Assembly: GCA_002269645.1 (NCBI GenBank)
Contig: NIVC01003121.1
Location: forward strand, 1-64,000
Reading direction: 5' to 3'
Origin: Macrostomum lignano
Lineage: Eukaryota
Length of the DNA: 64,000 nt
This document shows, one piece after another, positions 46,446 through 60,658 of the stretch. The stretch's first letter is position 1, and each line of letters opens with the position of its first letter. The position numbers and the translations under genes are program-made. The notes under the pieces were generated by a model. The model did not search any database. It had not been told where the DNA came from and saw nothing but the letters and a program-made list of their open reading frames with translations.

Positions 46446-48941
46446 ATTCATCTAGTTGCCATAAGTGGTTGGAATTTGCTTTCCAGATGGTCATCAGTGG
46501 CGTTCAGATGGAGAAATTTGATGCAATGAAGTTTTGAGAAGCCGAGCTGTCAGTCTTGTAATTGCAGTTTGCTGCGCAGCGTTTTCAAAGTGTGTACAAA
46601 TTAGAGTTTATTCATACGCAGGCAAAATATGCAATAAACACAAGAGGGTTCATATCTGTTGCACGTTTACACCGCTGAGTTATCGGATAAAAATATGTAT
46701 ATTATATAAAAATAATAAATATATAACATAGGAACAGATAAGCCGGAGGCAAAGTAAGGTGCGCGCAAGGCAGAAAAGGACCAGGGGCAAATCAGACAAA
46801 GCCGAACTGTAAGCATGTACCAGCTTAATTAATTGCACAGTCCGCTAGAGCCCTGCTAACTAGAGAGAGAGGTCTGACAGAGACAGAAATTGCGACCTGT
46901 TGCCAACAGAAGAAAAACGAGCTGCAAAGTTAGGAGGGAAACAAACCAGCTAAACTGAAGCTGAATGGGTCACTTGGTCTGAATTTTAATACCATAAATG
47001 CTTGCTTGTTAAAAAAGAGCGGGCGGGGAGAGTGTGGCAAAGAGTGCGGCAGAGAGCGGAGAGAGAGTGACAGAGGGTGGTGGGAGTGTGACAGAGGGCT
47101 GAGAGAGCGGGGCAGAGGGCGGAGAGAGTGTGACAGAAGGCGGAGAGAGTGGGGCAGAGGGTGGAGAGAGTGTGACAGAAGGCGGAGAGAGTGGGGCAGA
47201 GGGTGGAGAGAGTGTGACAGAGGGCGGAGAGAGAGTGACAAAGAGCGGAGAGAGAGAGAGTGACAGAGAGCGGAGAGAGTGACAGAGAGCGGAGAGAGGG
47301 AGTGACAGAGAGCGGAGAGAGAGAGAGTGACAGATAGCGGAGAGAGTGACAGAGAGCGGAGAGAGTGACAGAGAGCGGAGAGAGAGTGACAGAGAGCGGA
47401 GAGTGGGGCAGAGAGCGGAGAGAGAGAGTGACAGAGAGCGGAGAGAGAGTGACAGAGAGCGGAGGGAGTGGGGCAGAGAGCGGAGGGAGTGGGGCAGAGA
47501 GCGGAGGGAGTGGGGCAGAGAGCGGAGGGAGTGGGGCAGAGAGCGGAGAGTGACAGAGAGCGGAGGGAGTGGGGCAGAGAGCGGAGGGAGTGGGGCAGAG
47601 AGCGGAGGGAGTGGGGCAGAGAGCGGAGGGAGTGGGGCAGAGAGCGGAGGGAGTGGGGCAGAGAGCGAAGGGAGTGGGGCAGAGAGCGGAGAGAGAGTGG
47701 GGCAGAGAGCGGAGAGAGAGTGGGGCAGAGAGCGGAGGGAGTGGGGCAGAGAGCGGAGAGCGTGTGACAGAGAGCGGATAGAGAGTGACAAAGAGCGGAG
47801 AGAGTGTGACAGTGAGCGGAGGGAGTGGGGCAGAGAGCGGAGGGAGTGGGGCAGAGAGCGGAGGGAGTGGGGCAGAGAGCGGAGAGAGTGGGGCAGAGAG
47901 CGGAGAGAGAGTGGGGCAGAGAGCGGAGGGAGTGGGGCAGAGAGCGGAGAGCGTGTGACAGAGAGCGGATAGAGAGTGACAAAGAGCGGAGAGAGTGTGA
48001 CAGTGAGCGGAGGGAGTGGGGCAGAGAGCGGAGGGAGTGGGGCAGAGAGCGGAGGGAGTGGGGCAGAGAGCGGAGAGAGAGTGACAGAGAGCGGAGGGAG
48101 TGGGGCAGAGAGCGGAGGGAGTGGGGCAGAGAGCGGAGGGAGTGGGGCAGAGAGCGGAGGGAGTGGGGCAGAGAGCGGAGGGAGTGGGGCAGAGAGCGAA
48201 GGGAGTGGGGCAGAGAGCGGAGAGAGAGTGGGGCAGAGAGCGGAGAGAGAGTGGGGCAGAGAGCGGAGGGAGTGGGGCAGAGAGCGGAGAGCGTGTGACA
48301 GAGAGCGGATAGAGAGTGACAAAGAGCGGAGAGAGTGTGACAGTGAGCGGAGGGAGTGGGGCAGAGAGCGGAGGGAGTGGGGCAGAGAGCGGAGGGAGTG
48401 GGGCAGAGAGCGGAGGGAGTGGGGCAGAGAGCGGAGGGAGTGGGGCAGAGAGCGGAGAGCGTGTGACAGAGAGCGGATAGAGAGTGACAAAGAGCGGAGA
48501 GAGTGTGACAGTGAGCGAAGAGGTAGAAGGCGGAGAGAGTGACAGGGCAGTGACAGAATTGGAGATCGAGAAGAGGATCGCAAGCAGAGGACAGGCAGCT
48601 CACAAAAGGCAGTGCGTGGGTCATATAAAAGTGCACAGAGCCGCAGAGACAAGTGCTGATATGCGAGTTTAGAATCCGTGAAACAAACAATAAATCTGAG
48701 TAGCATTTATAAATCAACAGGTAAAAGAGCCTACAAAGAAGGAAAATATGATGGGCTAAGCACTGATTGCCAAAATTATATAGTCAAAAAGAAAAATAGA
48801 AATAAAATCAGAAATCTTCTAGGAGCAAACAAATCTGCAAGAGTTGCAGGATGAGCTGGCAGTTTGCAATCGGACAGCTTTACAGCCTGAGTTGCAGCTC
48901 AAACCCAAGTCGCCAGTCCAGTTGTTATCATGAAAAACTAT

Positions 48942-51816
48942 CTATCGATAACCATAGTAGTCCATGTACCTGTAGGAGTTTGCGGCCAGCAACGCGCTGG
49001 CCAGGGCCTGCGACTTGCGTGAGCGGCGCAGCGCCAGGCGAGTGATGCGCGCCCTCTGGCGTTCCAGCTTCTCCTCCTGGCGGCGCTGCTCTTCCTTCCT
49101 CTTGAGCCAGCTGGCGGGGTGGGGGGGGTTCGGGATGGACTAGGATTCGAACTCTGGACTGTGCCACCAGCGCTTTTAACTCTGTGAACTAACCAGAGTA
49201 ACTGACCTCAGGTTACCTTGAGGTGGCTAATTACAGATGGGTAACCTCAGATGGGTAATCTCAGGTGGGTAACCTCAGGTGGGTAACCTTAGGTGGGTAA
49301 CCTCAGGTGCGTAACCTCAGTTGGGTAATCTCAGGTGGGTAATCTCAGGTGGGTAATCTCAGGTGGGTAATCTCAGGTGGGTAACCTCAGGTGGGTAACC
49401 TCAGGTAGGGAGCAACACAGCTGCTGGCGACTCGCCAAAACGTGTCAGCCCTCCAGGGGTCAGCAGAACGGGGGCTCCAGGACCTCCCTTGCTCCAGGCC
49501 CGCGACTCACCTCCTGAATGCCTTGCGACACTCCTCCGGCGAGTGGATCGCCTCAGGCGGCGGGTCTTCTTCCGACCGCCGCCGCCGCTGCTGCAGGTCG
49601 GCCTCGCGGCGGAGCTGCGCCCGCTTCGCCTCCAGCCAGCGCTCGAAGCTGACGCCGTCGCGCTCGGCCGCTGCGTCCCGGCGCCGATCAGTCTCGGCGC
49701 GGCGCGCCGCCTCCGCCCGGCGCTGCTCCGCCTCCGACTGCTGCTGCTTGCGGATCAGCCAGGCCTGGAAGGCGGCCTCGTTGTCCTCCGCCTTCGAGCC
49801 GCCGCCGCCAGATGCTGAGGCGGACGACTTTCGCCCGCTGCCGCCGCGTTCCCGACGCTTCTTGGCCAGCCAGGCATGGAAGGCGGCCTCGTTCTCCTCG
49901 CGGCTGTGCTGCTGCTGCGGCTGCTGCAGCTCGAGCCTCTGCTGCTCCTCCTGCTGCTGCTGCCTGCTGAAGGAGGCCTGCGGGGCGCTGGTCGGCCGAG
50001 CGGCCGCCTGCTGCCGGTTCTTCCGGCGCTGGGACTGCGGTTGCTGCTGCGCCTGCGGTTGCCGGCGGAACTCGGAGACGGCGGCTGATTTCGGGCGCCG
50101 ACTTGCCGGTCTGGGCGACGGCGAGTCCTTCGCCTCGAAGTCGGAGCTGTCGACGAACCGAATCCGACCGCCGTTTACAACGACAACCTTCTGTGATGCT
50201 TCTTTCTCTTGCTGCGGCTGCTGCTGTTGTTGCTGCTCAGCAGTGGTGGTGGGAGGCAATCTGGAAGGTGGTGCTTCATCAACATCGTCTTGATTGGCGG
50301 CCGGTTGCGGCATTTCGCCCAGCCCGTCCGCATCGCCGCTTTCTTGCTGCTGCTGCTGCTGCTGCTGCTGTTCCTCTTCACTGTCCTCCTCCTCGTCCTC
50401 CTCCTCCTCGCTCGTGTCCCCGTGCAGCTCACCAGCCGGCGGCTCGGGCTCGGGCGCCACGCTGACGAGGTTCTCGCTGAAGCGGATTCGTGTCGGCCTG
50501 CGCTGGGCCTCCTCCTCCGGCAGCGGCTCGCTCTCCAGCTGGGCGTTCAGCTCGTCTATGCGCGCCCGGGTGACCTCGTAGTCCGGGGGCGGCTCTGCGG
50601 CCGGGCGGGGTGGAGGAGAATCGTTTGCGATGTGCAGCTTCACCTTTAATGATTAACTTTTAACGTTTTCGGTTTAATTCACCATAAATTGGATTTTATG
50701 ATGAGGGGGCAGAGCCAAGAATTCTGCCATGACTAGATTCCTAGATTTTTTTGGCGCCGCAGCCAGGCACACATTTTGGCGCCGCAGCCAGGCACACATT
50801 TTGGCGCCGCAGACACTCATTTCGGCGCCGTATACACTCATTTTGGCGCCGCAGCCAGACACACATTTTGGCGCCGCAGGCACTCATTTTGGCGCCGCAG
50901 CCAGGCACTCATTTCGGCGCCGCAGACACTCATTTTGGCGCCGCAGCCAGACACACATTTTGGCGCCGCAGACACTCATTTCGGCGCCGCAGCCAGGCAC
51001 ACATTTTGGCGCCGCAGCCAGACACACATTTTGGCGCCGCAGACACTCATTTCGGCGCCGCAGACACTCATTTCGGCGCCGCAGACACTCATTTTGGCGT
51101 CGCAGCCAGGCACTCATTTTGGCGCCGCAGTCAGGCCACTCATTTCGGCGCCGCAGACACTCATTGCGGCGCCCTGAAGCAAAATTGTTGATTTCCATAA
51201 CGGGGTCACAAGGTGGGGCGCGGGAGACAAACCATTGGCATGTCCCCCCCCATAGCTTTCACTTCGGGGACATCTCCCCCTGTCCCCCGTGGCGACGCCC
51301 CTGACTATTTCTTGGAATTACACTGAGAGGATATGGAAACTGCCGTGCCTCTCTGTTTAACGTTCTCAAAATACTTGAAAAAGCTTCCACGAGTGCATCA
51401 AGGAGCTGAGTAGCTCACAGCAGTAATGCAACGGGTTTGTCTTGCATCTCGGGCCCATGAGGGCCAACCCCTCAGAGCTGAAGCTAAAAATCATATCTAA
51501 TTCTAGTTTTGCCACCGCTATGATCCTGCTTGACCTCTGCTCGAGACCGGATCGACTCGCAGACTCACCCATGAGCAGCTGCAAGAACTCCGCGTCCTTT
51601 TCCTCTGCAATGCGGAATTGCGGGGTGCGGGGCGGCGGGTGCTCAAAATGCGATGAAAATCTTAACAAATTCAAATGTAAGTCGCACGCAGCCAAGGAAG
51701 CGCTACTCACCGTTCCAATCCTCCGGCCTGGTGCTCTGCAGCCGCTCGAGCTCCGCCATGGCGGCGCGCTGATCGTCTCGCATGCCGAAGTCGTCGGACT
51801 CTCCGGTCTGCGGCAT
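48942..51816 (-). CDS. Mirror copy of the CCDC181-like gene; exons 51711-51816, 51569-51604, 49511-50594, 48942-49110 (~464 aa)
   Basis: Same splice sites, 1395 nt in frame; differs by substitutions and in-frame Q/G/R tract indels. Confidence 0.7.
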
Positions 51817-53335
51817 GCCTGCCGATGGGGGCGGCTGCTGGGGCTCGGCGGTCTGGAAGATGTTTTGGTCGAAAAAAATTTGATTTGGAGCTGAAATTTC
51901 AATTTCAAAACAACGTGTTCGTCACTTTGCTAGAATTTATTGTACAATAAACTTCTGGATACAGCATATTAGCAAGATCTAGATGGTCTTTCTAAGCATA
52001 AAAAAGTTTTTTTATCTGTTCTATAATCTTTAATTCAAAAAAATTGTCACCTAAATAATAAAAATAAAGATTTAAATGATATTTTCTGTAAACTGGTAAC
52101 AATCAACTTATATATTAGTTTATTCATATAGTTATGACAAGATACAGTAGAATCTTGTAAGTAATATAAGTAATATTTTTAATATTTTATTGATAACGTA
52201 GTTTTTCTAGTAGAAAAGGTTACTTTCTAGTAAAGGAGTAAATATATTTGTGAAATCAATGCTACATTCAATGGCATGTCAGTGAATCAGCACTCAGAAT
52301 ATTTAATAGACATCTGATAGGCCCTAGTAACAGGAAATTATTGTAAGAACAAAATATGTAGAAATGGATAGATCAAAATAATTGTTATTTAAAATTACAG
52401 CTTTGCTTTCATCCAAACTTCAAAGTCTGTTATATTTGATGTAATGATGTACTGTCGAATTAAAAAAATTCACACCTACTATATTTTTATTTTATACTAC
52501 GCTCGTATCATATTCAATTAATAAAAACTAGTACAAACTATTTATTAAGCATAGCTGAAGATCAGAAGATAGCTAAAAATATAGCAGTACTGTTGTGAAA
52601 AATCCCTTGAATCCCTATGAGCTATGACTACTTGTCATTTGGCAGGTTTTCATTTAAAAGTGATGCCAACGCAATTTTTTAATGATAGTTTCTTTGTATG
52701 TTATTAGATTGTGCGTCATTTTTGTTGCATTTTTAAAAATTCCAGCAACAAGAAGTAAGCCATCAGCAAGCAAGCATTCAATAGTACAAACATGTTTTCA
52801 GAGCAGTGCACACCCTTTGGAAAATTAGCTCATCTTTTGACGTTAAATTTGTCCCTGCATATTTAAACAAATTACCATGACAACAATCGTTGTTCCGGTG
52901 TTGCGTAAAACTCCTTTAAAAAGCTATTCAAAAAGCCATAGGAGTTAACTTATCAGTTTTAGTTCCATTTAAGTAAAGATTATCTCAACAAATTTATCAA
53001 AAAAGTAAAAATAAACACACAAAATATCATTTTTAGTTGAATTTATACAGCTCTGACGCAAATTCATGTATAATAAGCAATATTACCAGCACACAAAATG
53101 TTTATATAATTTTGTATTTAGCCGCTTAAAATATAACAGAGCGACGATTTGAAGAAAAGCCATACGTATTGTAACTGTGTTTTGGCTTCTGCGGTTGGAT
53201 TAAAGATCATACGCTTTATATCTCAGTCCTCAAAAAACTAAATTGTTAGTCTCATAAATATTGGCGCCGATAAATTACAGTAAAAAGAAACAGCGCTTTC
53301 TGTTTTACGGTACACTTTTTCTCAAAACTAAATAT

Positions 53336-56185
53336 TTAGTCTGAGTCACTGGAACCGGAACCGCCATCTGATTTTGAATTTGGCTTTGATGCCGACTTCC
53401 GAGAGCCTGATTTGAAGCTACGACCAGATGACTTCCTAGATCCGTCATCTCGAGACTTGGCAGACTGTCTTTTAATTTTAACTTGATGCTGACCATGAGC
53501 GTCCTTCTGTTTCACATCGGCCTGTACTTGATTTCGCTTCTGTGAATCATCCCCAGCATTGAATTGAAGTTGGATGCCACCTGAGGCATGCGATTTCTCA
53601 TCCGATTGCTGATTTGCTGGTACCACCACTGGCTGTTCAACTTGCACAGCACCTGGCTGTACAGAAACAAGAACACCTGCTGGTTGCCCAGCGGGTACTA
53701 CATGTGGTTCCTGACTTTGCGGTGCTTCAACTGGTTTTTCCTCAAGATGTGGATCTTTTTCAGCTGGTGATGGTTCTTCAGCTGGTGGTTCTTTTTCAGC
53801 TGGTGATGGTTCTTCAGCTGGTGGTTCTTCGGCTGGTGGTTCTTCAGCTGGTGGTTCTTCGGCTGGTGGTTCTTCGGCTGGTGGTTCTTCGGCTGGTGGT
53901 TCTTCAGCTGGTGGTTCTTCGGCTGGTGGTTCTTCAGGTGGTGATGGTTCTTCAGCTGGTGGTTCTTCGTCTGGTGGTTCTTCAGGTTGTGATGGTTCTT
54001 CAGCTGGTTCTTCAGCTGGTGGTTCTTCAGCTGGTGATGGTTCTTCAGCTGGTGGTTCTTCGGCTGGTGGTTCTTCAGCTGGTGATGGTTCTTCAGCTGG
54101 TGGTTCTTCGGCTGGTGTCTCTTTAGCTGGTGGTTCTTCAGTGGCTGGCTCTTCGGCTGGTGGTTCTTCAGCTGGTGATGGTTCTTCAGATGGTGGTTCT
54201 TCAGCTGGTGGCTCTTCAGTGGGTGGCTCTTCAGCAGCAGGTTCCTCAATGGGTGGTTCTTCTTCAGCTGATGGTTCCTCCACTGAAGCTTCACCTATAG
54301 TCGCGGCATCAGCTCCTTCAGCTCCACCAGACCTAGAGATTGTAACTGCAGCTGCTCCAGTCCCCTTCCATCCATTCCCGCGACTTTTCTCTTTGTCTGG
54401 TTGGTCTGGATGCTCAGGGTGCTCAGGATGTTCCGGGTGTGCTGGATGCCTGCAAAAGAGCGTACTCGTACTTTAAACTACAAGAAAACCCATGGTCACT
54501 TTAAAAAAAATAAATTTCTATTTAATCTCACCCTTTCCGTCGCATCTCTTCTTTCGTAGTCTGAATCAGCTGATTGATGTCAGTTAAAAGAATCGCGGCA
54601 AACTCTGAAGAGAAATCAATTGAATGCACAAACTAGACCAGTCTATATTCTTACTCGAACTTTTATTTCGCGTACAAATGCAATGCAAGCAAGGTGTTCT
54701 TGCGCGCTAAAATTCACCTTCATAGTCGATACGGCCGTCTCCGTTTTTGTCCACAGCGCTGAGCAGTTCGTCGAACTCCTCCTCGGAAAGCTCCACGGAC
54801 CCCATGCTGTAGATGGCGTCGCGCAGCTCCTCCCGGTCCAAGTAGCCGCTCTGGTCTTTGTCAAACACCTGGAAGCTGCTCACCAGCTGCTGGCGCACGT
54901 CCGCCTCCGGCTTGCAAAGACGCGACATCAGCGAGGCGAATTCTACAAAGTCCATGCTGCCGCTGGCGTCCGTGTCGCTCTCCGACAGCATCTGCTGGAT
55001 TTCCTCCTGGCTTTCCGGTGCCTGGTGGAAGTCATGGATTGTTGACGTTAGTTGGTCGGGTTTTCGGGGACAACTTCAGACAGAAGAGAGAGAATTACTA
55101 ATATCCGTAACCTGAGCACACACGCACACGCTAGGCTAAGAAGATTAGGTAAGCTCCAACTGCACTCTCACCTGGCCTGAAACCTGCAGACAGCTGTAAA
55201 GCTCTCCGGCATCGATGCTGTTGGATCCATCCGCGTCGAATAGCTTGAATGTGCGATAGTACTTCTTCGCTTCCTCCGCCGACACGCCCGCTGCTGAAAG
55301 AGCCTCGTGGTAGTGCTCCGGCACCTCAAATCTGTCCGTCCCTTCCTGGTGGCGGCCGGAGCCTGCTCTGCTGCCGCTTGCCTTGCTGCCGTCCCTGCCA
55401 CCTTCTCTGTAACCCTTTTTTCGATTGGCGCTTCCCTTCCGACTGTCTCCGTCACCGAATTTTTCTCTTGCGCTGCCTTTCCTGCTGCCTCCTCTGCCTT
55501 GTCCGTCACCGTTTTGCTCTCTTGCGCTGACTTTCCTGCTGCCTCCTCTGCCTTGTCCGTCACCGTTTTGCTCTCTTGCGCTGACTTTCCTGATGCCTTT
55601 CTTCCCGTCACCTTTCTCACCTGCTTCTTCAGCTGCTACTTCGGCTGCTTCACCTGCTTCTTCGGCTGCTTCTTCAGCTGCCTCACCTGCTTCTTCGGCT
55701 GCTTCCTCGATTGCTTCTTCGGCTGCTTCACCTGCTTCTTCAGCTGCTTCTTCGGCTGCTTCACCTGCTTCTTCAGCTGCTTCTTCGGCTGCTTCTTCGG
55801 CTGCTTCTTCGGCTGCTTCACCTGCTTCTTCAGCTGCTTCTTCGGCTGCTTCACCTGCTTCTTCAGCTGCTTCTTCGGCTGCTTCTTCGGCTGCTTCACC
55901 TGCTTCTTCAGCTGCTTCTTCGGCTGCTTCACCTGCTTCTTCAGCTGCTTCTTCGGCTGCTTCACCTGCTTCTTCACCTGCTTCTTCAGCTGCTTCTTCG
56001 GCTGCTTCTTCGGCTGCTTCACCTGCTTCTTCAGCTGCTTCTTCGGCTGCTTCACCTGCTTCTTCGGCTGCTTCACCTGCTTCTTCAGCTGCTTCTTCGG
56101 CTGCTTCTTCGGCTGCTTCTTCGACTGCTTTTTCAACTGCTTCGTAAGCTGTTTCTTGAGCAGCTTCCACAGCTTCTCCGTCCAT
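53336..56185 (-). CDS. Calmodulin-like 4-EF-hand protein with acidic repeat arms, non-chimeric version; exons 55172-56185, 54718-55021, 54532-54604, 53336-54449 (~834 aa)
   Basis: Continuous ORF from ATG 56185 through EEAAEEAG repeats and a K/R/G/S linker into EF1; exon lengths total 2505 nt (835 codons); four canonical EF loops. Confidence 0.82.
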
Positions 56186-56797
56186 TTTGCCCAGTTATAT
56201 GTTGACCTTGATTCGCAAGTGACTTATTCAAAAGCCTCGCCGCTAGCTTTCAGTTAAATCTACTCGAAACAGTATCTCGTTTCGGTGAAGTTTTTTGCGC
56301 AAAGTTGAGCTTCCTAAGGCAAAAATACTCTAAGACTAAGAGTAAGAGATAGAAAGGTGTAGAAAAAGATCGGAGAGAGACCCGTTGCTAAGTAGACATT
56401 TTCATTTTCTATAGAGTGCCTTAACAGTCTGCCCGCCGAATAGCAGTGCAGCAGCTCTTGTGCAATGCGTTCGCCCTCAGCTGCCGCCAGTGTGCCACTT
56501 GCAGAGCAAGAGCGAAGTGAGAAATTGCTAGCAGTAGCTTAGCACTTTGGCCAGTAGGGAGCCCCGTCAACTGTGCCACAGTTCTGACACTAGGGGGAAA
56601 GACAGACAATCAGAGCCTGCACTACCTTCGCGCTGAGCTGTCGGCGCGCAGCTTGGCAGTTTTTAGTGCAATTATCATTTTCTAGAGCTTTTAACAATGC
56701 GGCGTTCTTATTTAGCATCACAATGTACGGTGTAAGCAACTTCATACGAGCGTAAGTTGTTGAGCATGAGTCCAAGTTACTCGTGATTATTCCAAAT

Positions 56798-57511
56798 TCA
56801 CTGCTGATTGCCTCGACGATTCCTACTACGCAACGCTGCTGGCAGCGCTGGAAGGCCGACAGTTTCCATCGGCAGGTCCGCGATAACCGCGAAGGGGGCG
56901 GTGGTCACTTCGCCGAGGCCGCAGCTGTAGCGCGAGTAGAGCTGCTGACGGATTCTCGGTCCGGTGCGGCTGAACAGCTCCCAGCCGGTGAGCTGCTGCT
57001 GTTGCTGGGGCTTCGCAATCCGGACAGATGAGTCATCTCTCTGTTGCGCCGCCTGCACCACGCGGCCCAGGTTCTGCCGCAGCAGATGCCAGCGCCGGCG
57101 GGCTCGAAGCTGCTGATACCTGAGCTGCTGCTACTGCTGCGCTCCGGGACTCTTCTTAACGCTGAAGGTCTCCGTGCCATCCGGACCCGTCGATGCCGTC
57201 GCCGCCGTCGCCGCTGCCTCCGGCGCCTCTGCAGTCTCCTGCCGCTTGGCCCGCAGGCGAGTTTCAATCAGAGCGCGTCGAAAATTCCGGCTAAAGTTCT
57301 GCCAGAGGACGCTGCCGCCGGTGCCGACGCCGCTGCCCGCCGCTCCGAAATCCTCCGACGGTTTACTAATCCCATCGTCTATGGCCGAGCTCTGCTGCTG
57401 TTCCGGCAGCTCTAGCAGCCGATGCAGTTGGTGGTGCTGCCGCCTCCAATGATGATTCGGCTTCGATCTGCCATGCCCAGCAGAGCTCAGCCGCAGATGC
57501 TGCTGTTGCAT
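56798..57511 (-). pseudogene. Mirror copy of the orphan Q/A-rich ORF with a premature stop
   Basis: Same 714-bp span and frame as 10291-11004, but an in-frame TAG (CTA at 57131-57133) sits inside the poly-Gln CAG run. Confidence 0.55.
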
Positions 57512-59640
57512 GCTGGCTATGGACACTGCGGCAAGCCGAGAACGCGATGAAAGATTAATCTGGCTGGCGAGTTGAATAAGCGCTGGCGCGCAGGTACATG
57601 TACCGCTTATTACTGTACAAACTCTGACATTATCGCTGCAGATGACGCTTCTCACAATCGCGAATGCATGTATTTATCGATGGAAGGAATAGCTAAGTTA
57701 AAATATATGTGCTAACCATAATATGTGTATACACAGAAATATATATTGTATCAATTGTACTGAATGTTGCTATAGAAACGCCAGCTCACGGTGCGTTTGT
57801 TGCATGGGCGCGCGTGTAGCAAATGAAAAACCTGACACAGGTGTGAGAGATTATTAATTACAGCGGACTGCAAACTTACGTGACCTGCGACCCGCTGCAT
57901 GTGCAAGCATTGCAGGCATTAAATATTAACAGACAAAGGATTACAGTTGGAAGGCTGGTTGGTGAGTTCCGCATGCGCAGACTAATTCGTACATAGCTGG
58001 ACGCCATGTGTAGATGAGAAGATGATGAGAAGTCATGGATAATGCGACTCAGGGCAGGCGGATGCAGGAATTAACGGCTTAGATCAGATCTCGGCCCGGA
58101 TTTGAGAATTCTGCGGTGGGAAACCCCCAAAAACACAGTCAGATATTCGGGATACGGAGACTCAGGATTGTGAGATTCGGAAATTCAGGATTGTAGGATT
58201 CGGAAACTCGGGATTGTGGGATTCGGAAACTCGGGATTGTACTCGTAGGATTCGGAAACTCGGGATTGTAGGATTCGGAAACTCGGGATTGTAGGATTCG
58301 GAAACTCGGGATTGTAGGATTCGGAAACTCGGGATTGTGGGATTCGGAAATTCAGGATTGTAGGATTCGGAAATTCAGGATTGTAGGATTCGGAAATTCA
58401 GGATTGTAGGATTCGGAAATTCAGGATTGTAGGATTCGGAAATTCAGGATTGTAGGATTCGGAAATTCAGGATTGTGGGATTCGGAAATTCAGGATTGTA
58501 GGATTCGGAAATTTAGGATTGTAGGATTCGGAAATTCAGGATTGTAGGATTCGGAAATTCAGGATTGTGGGATTCGGAAATTCAGGATTGTGGGATTCGG
58601 AAATTCAGGATTTTAGGATTCGGAAATTCAGGATTGTGGGATTTGGAAATTCAGAATTTTACATGTCTGATTCAGAAATTCTGGATTGCAGGATTCCGAA
58701 ATTCATGATTGCAGTACTGCAGATTGCAGGATTGTAGGATTTGGAAATTCCGGATTTAGGATTCGGAAATTAAGGATCGTATAATTCGGAAATTCGGAAT
58801 TGAATTCCAAAATTCAGGATTGCATTTGAAAATTCGGGATTGGATTCAGAAATTCAGGATTGGATTCGGAAATTCAGGATTGTAGGATCAGAAATTCGGG
58901 ATTGTATAATTCGAAAATTCGGGGTGGATTCCGAAATTCAGAATTGTAGGATTCGGAAATTAAGTATTATAGGATTCGGAAATTCGGGATTGTATAATTC
59001 GGAAATTTGGGATTGGATTCAGAAATGCAGGATAGGATTCAAGAATTCAGGATTGTGGGATTCCGAATTTCGGGAGCTACATGTGCTTCAGCCGGGATCT
59101 GTTTAAAGGGCCGGAAATAATAAAAACGCCAGCCCAAACGAAACAAAATTCGAAACGGTACTTTCAATCCACAGAAGCGGCAGTTCGATCAGACTGGATA
59201 GCAAAAAGTGTATTGTGCTAGTATTATATAATATTTCTTACACATTGTTATTAAAGCATTCGATGAACAGCTCCAAGCGGTCAAAGTGTCTAATTAATAT
59301 TAGCAAAACAACCAATTTTAATGATTTGGAAGTTGTTTAAAATGTTTATAGAGCCGAATATTGCAAACAGCGGAATACGGTAAATGCTCGGCAGGAACTT
59401 GCGCGGCTTTTCTAAGAAACAAAAAACGGAATTAATGCGCAGCGAGCCTTTTTTGGTAGGGAATAAGCTCAAGTTTCCACAACACTGCATCACGGACAAC
59501 TCTAAAGTACAGGGACGCTGCACTCGCAAGTCTAGCATTAGTTTCAAAAAATACATTTAACTTCAGATATGATCTCTAATCACCATTTTTTAAACTTTAT
59601 TATTTACTGAACTTCAATTGCGAGTTCGGAGGCTGAGTCC

Positions 59641-59673
<33 letters not shown>

Positions 59674-60658
59674 CCATCATGATCACCATCATCATCATCA
59701 TCATCACCATGATCACCATCATCATGATCATCATCACCATCATCATCATGATCATCATCACCATCATCATCATGATCACCATCATCATGATCATCATCAC
59801 CATCATCATCATGATCACCATCATCATGATCATCATCACCATCATCATCATGATCACCATCATCATGATCATCATCACCATCATCATCATGATCACCATC
59901 ATCATCATGATCATCATTATCATTATCACCATCATCATCATGATCATCATCACCATCATCATCATGATCACCATCATCATGATCATCATCACCATCATCA
60001 TCATGATCACCATCATCATGATCATCATCACCATCATCATCATGATCATCATCACCATGATCACCATGATCATGATCATCATCACCATCATCATCATGAT
60101 CATCATCACCATCATCATCATGATCACCATCATCATGATCATCATCACCATCATCATCATGATCACCATCATCATCATGATCATCATTATCATCATCACC
60201 ATCATCACCATGATCACCATCATCATGATCATCATCACCATCATCATCATGATCATCATCACCATCATCATCATGATCACCATCATCATGATCATCATCA
60301 CCATCATCATCATGATCATCACCATCATCATCATGATCATCACCATCATCATCATGATCATCACCATCATCATCATGATCATCACCATCATCATCATGAT
60401 CATCACCATCATCATCATACTGTCGAATGTTGCAGGATTTGTGAGTGCAGCGTCTTTCTCATCATCATACTGTCGAATGTTGCAGGATTTGTGAGTGCAG
60501 CGTCTTTCTACTTTGATTGTCCATCAACTGCAAAAAATGACAGACTTTGCACGCTACTAACAGTAGAGTCAACAGGATATCTAGTGGGAAGTTTAGGGAG
60601 TTTTTAAATAATCTCCTCTGATTAATGAGGCAATGGGGTGATCAGGCGACACGGCGCC

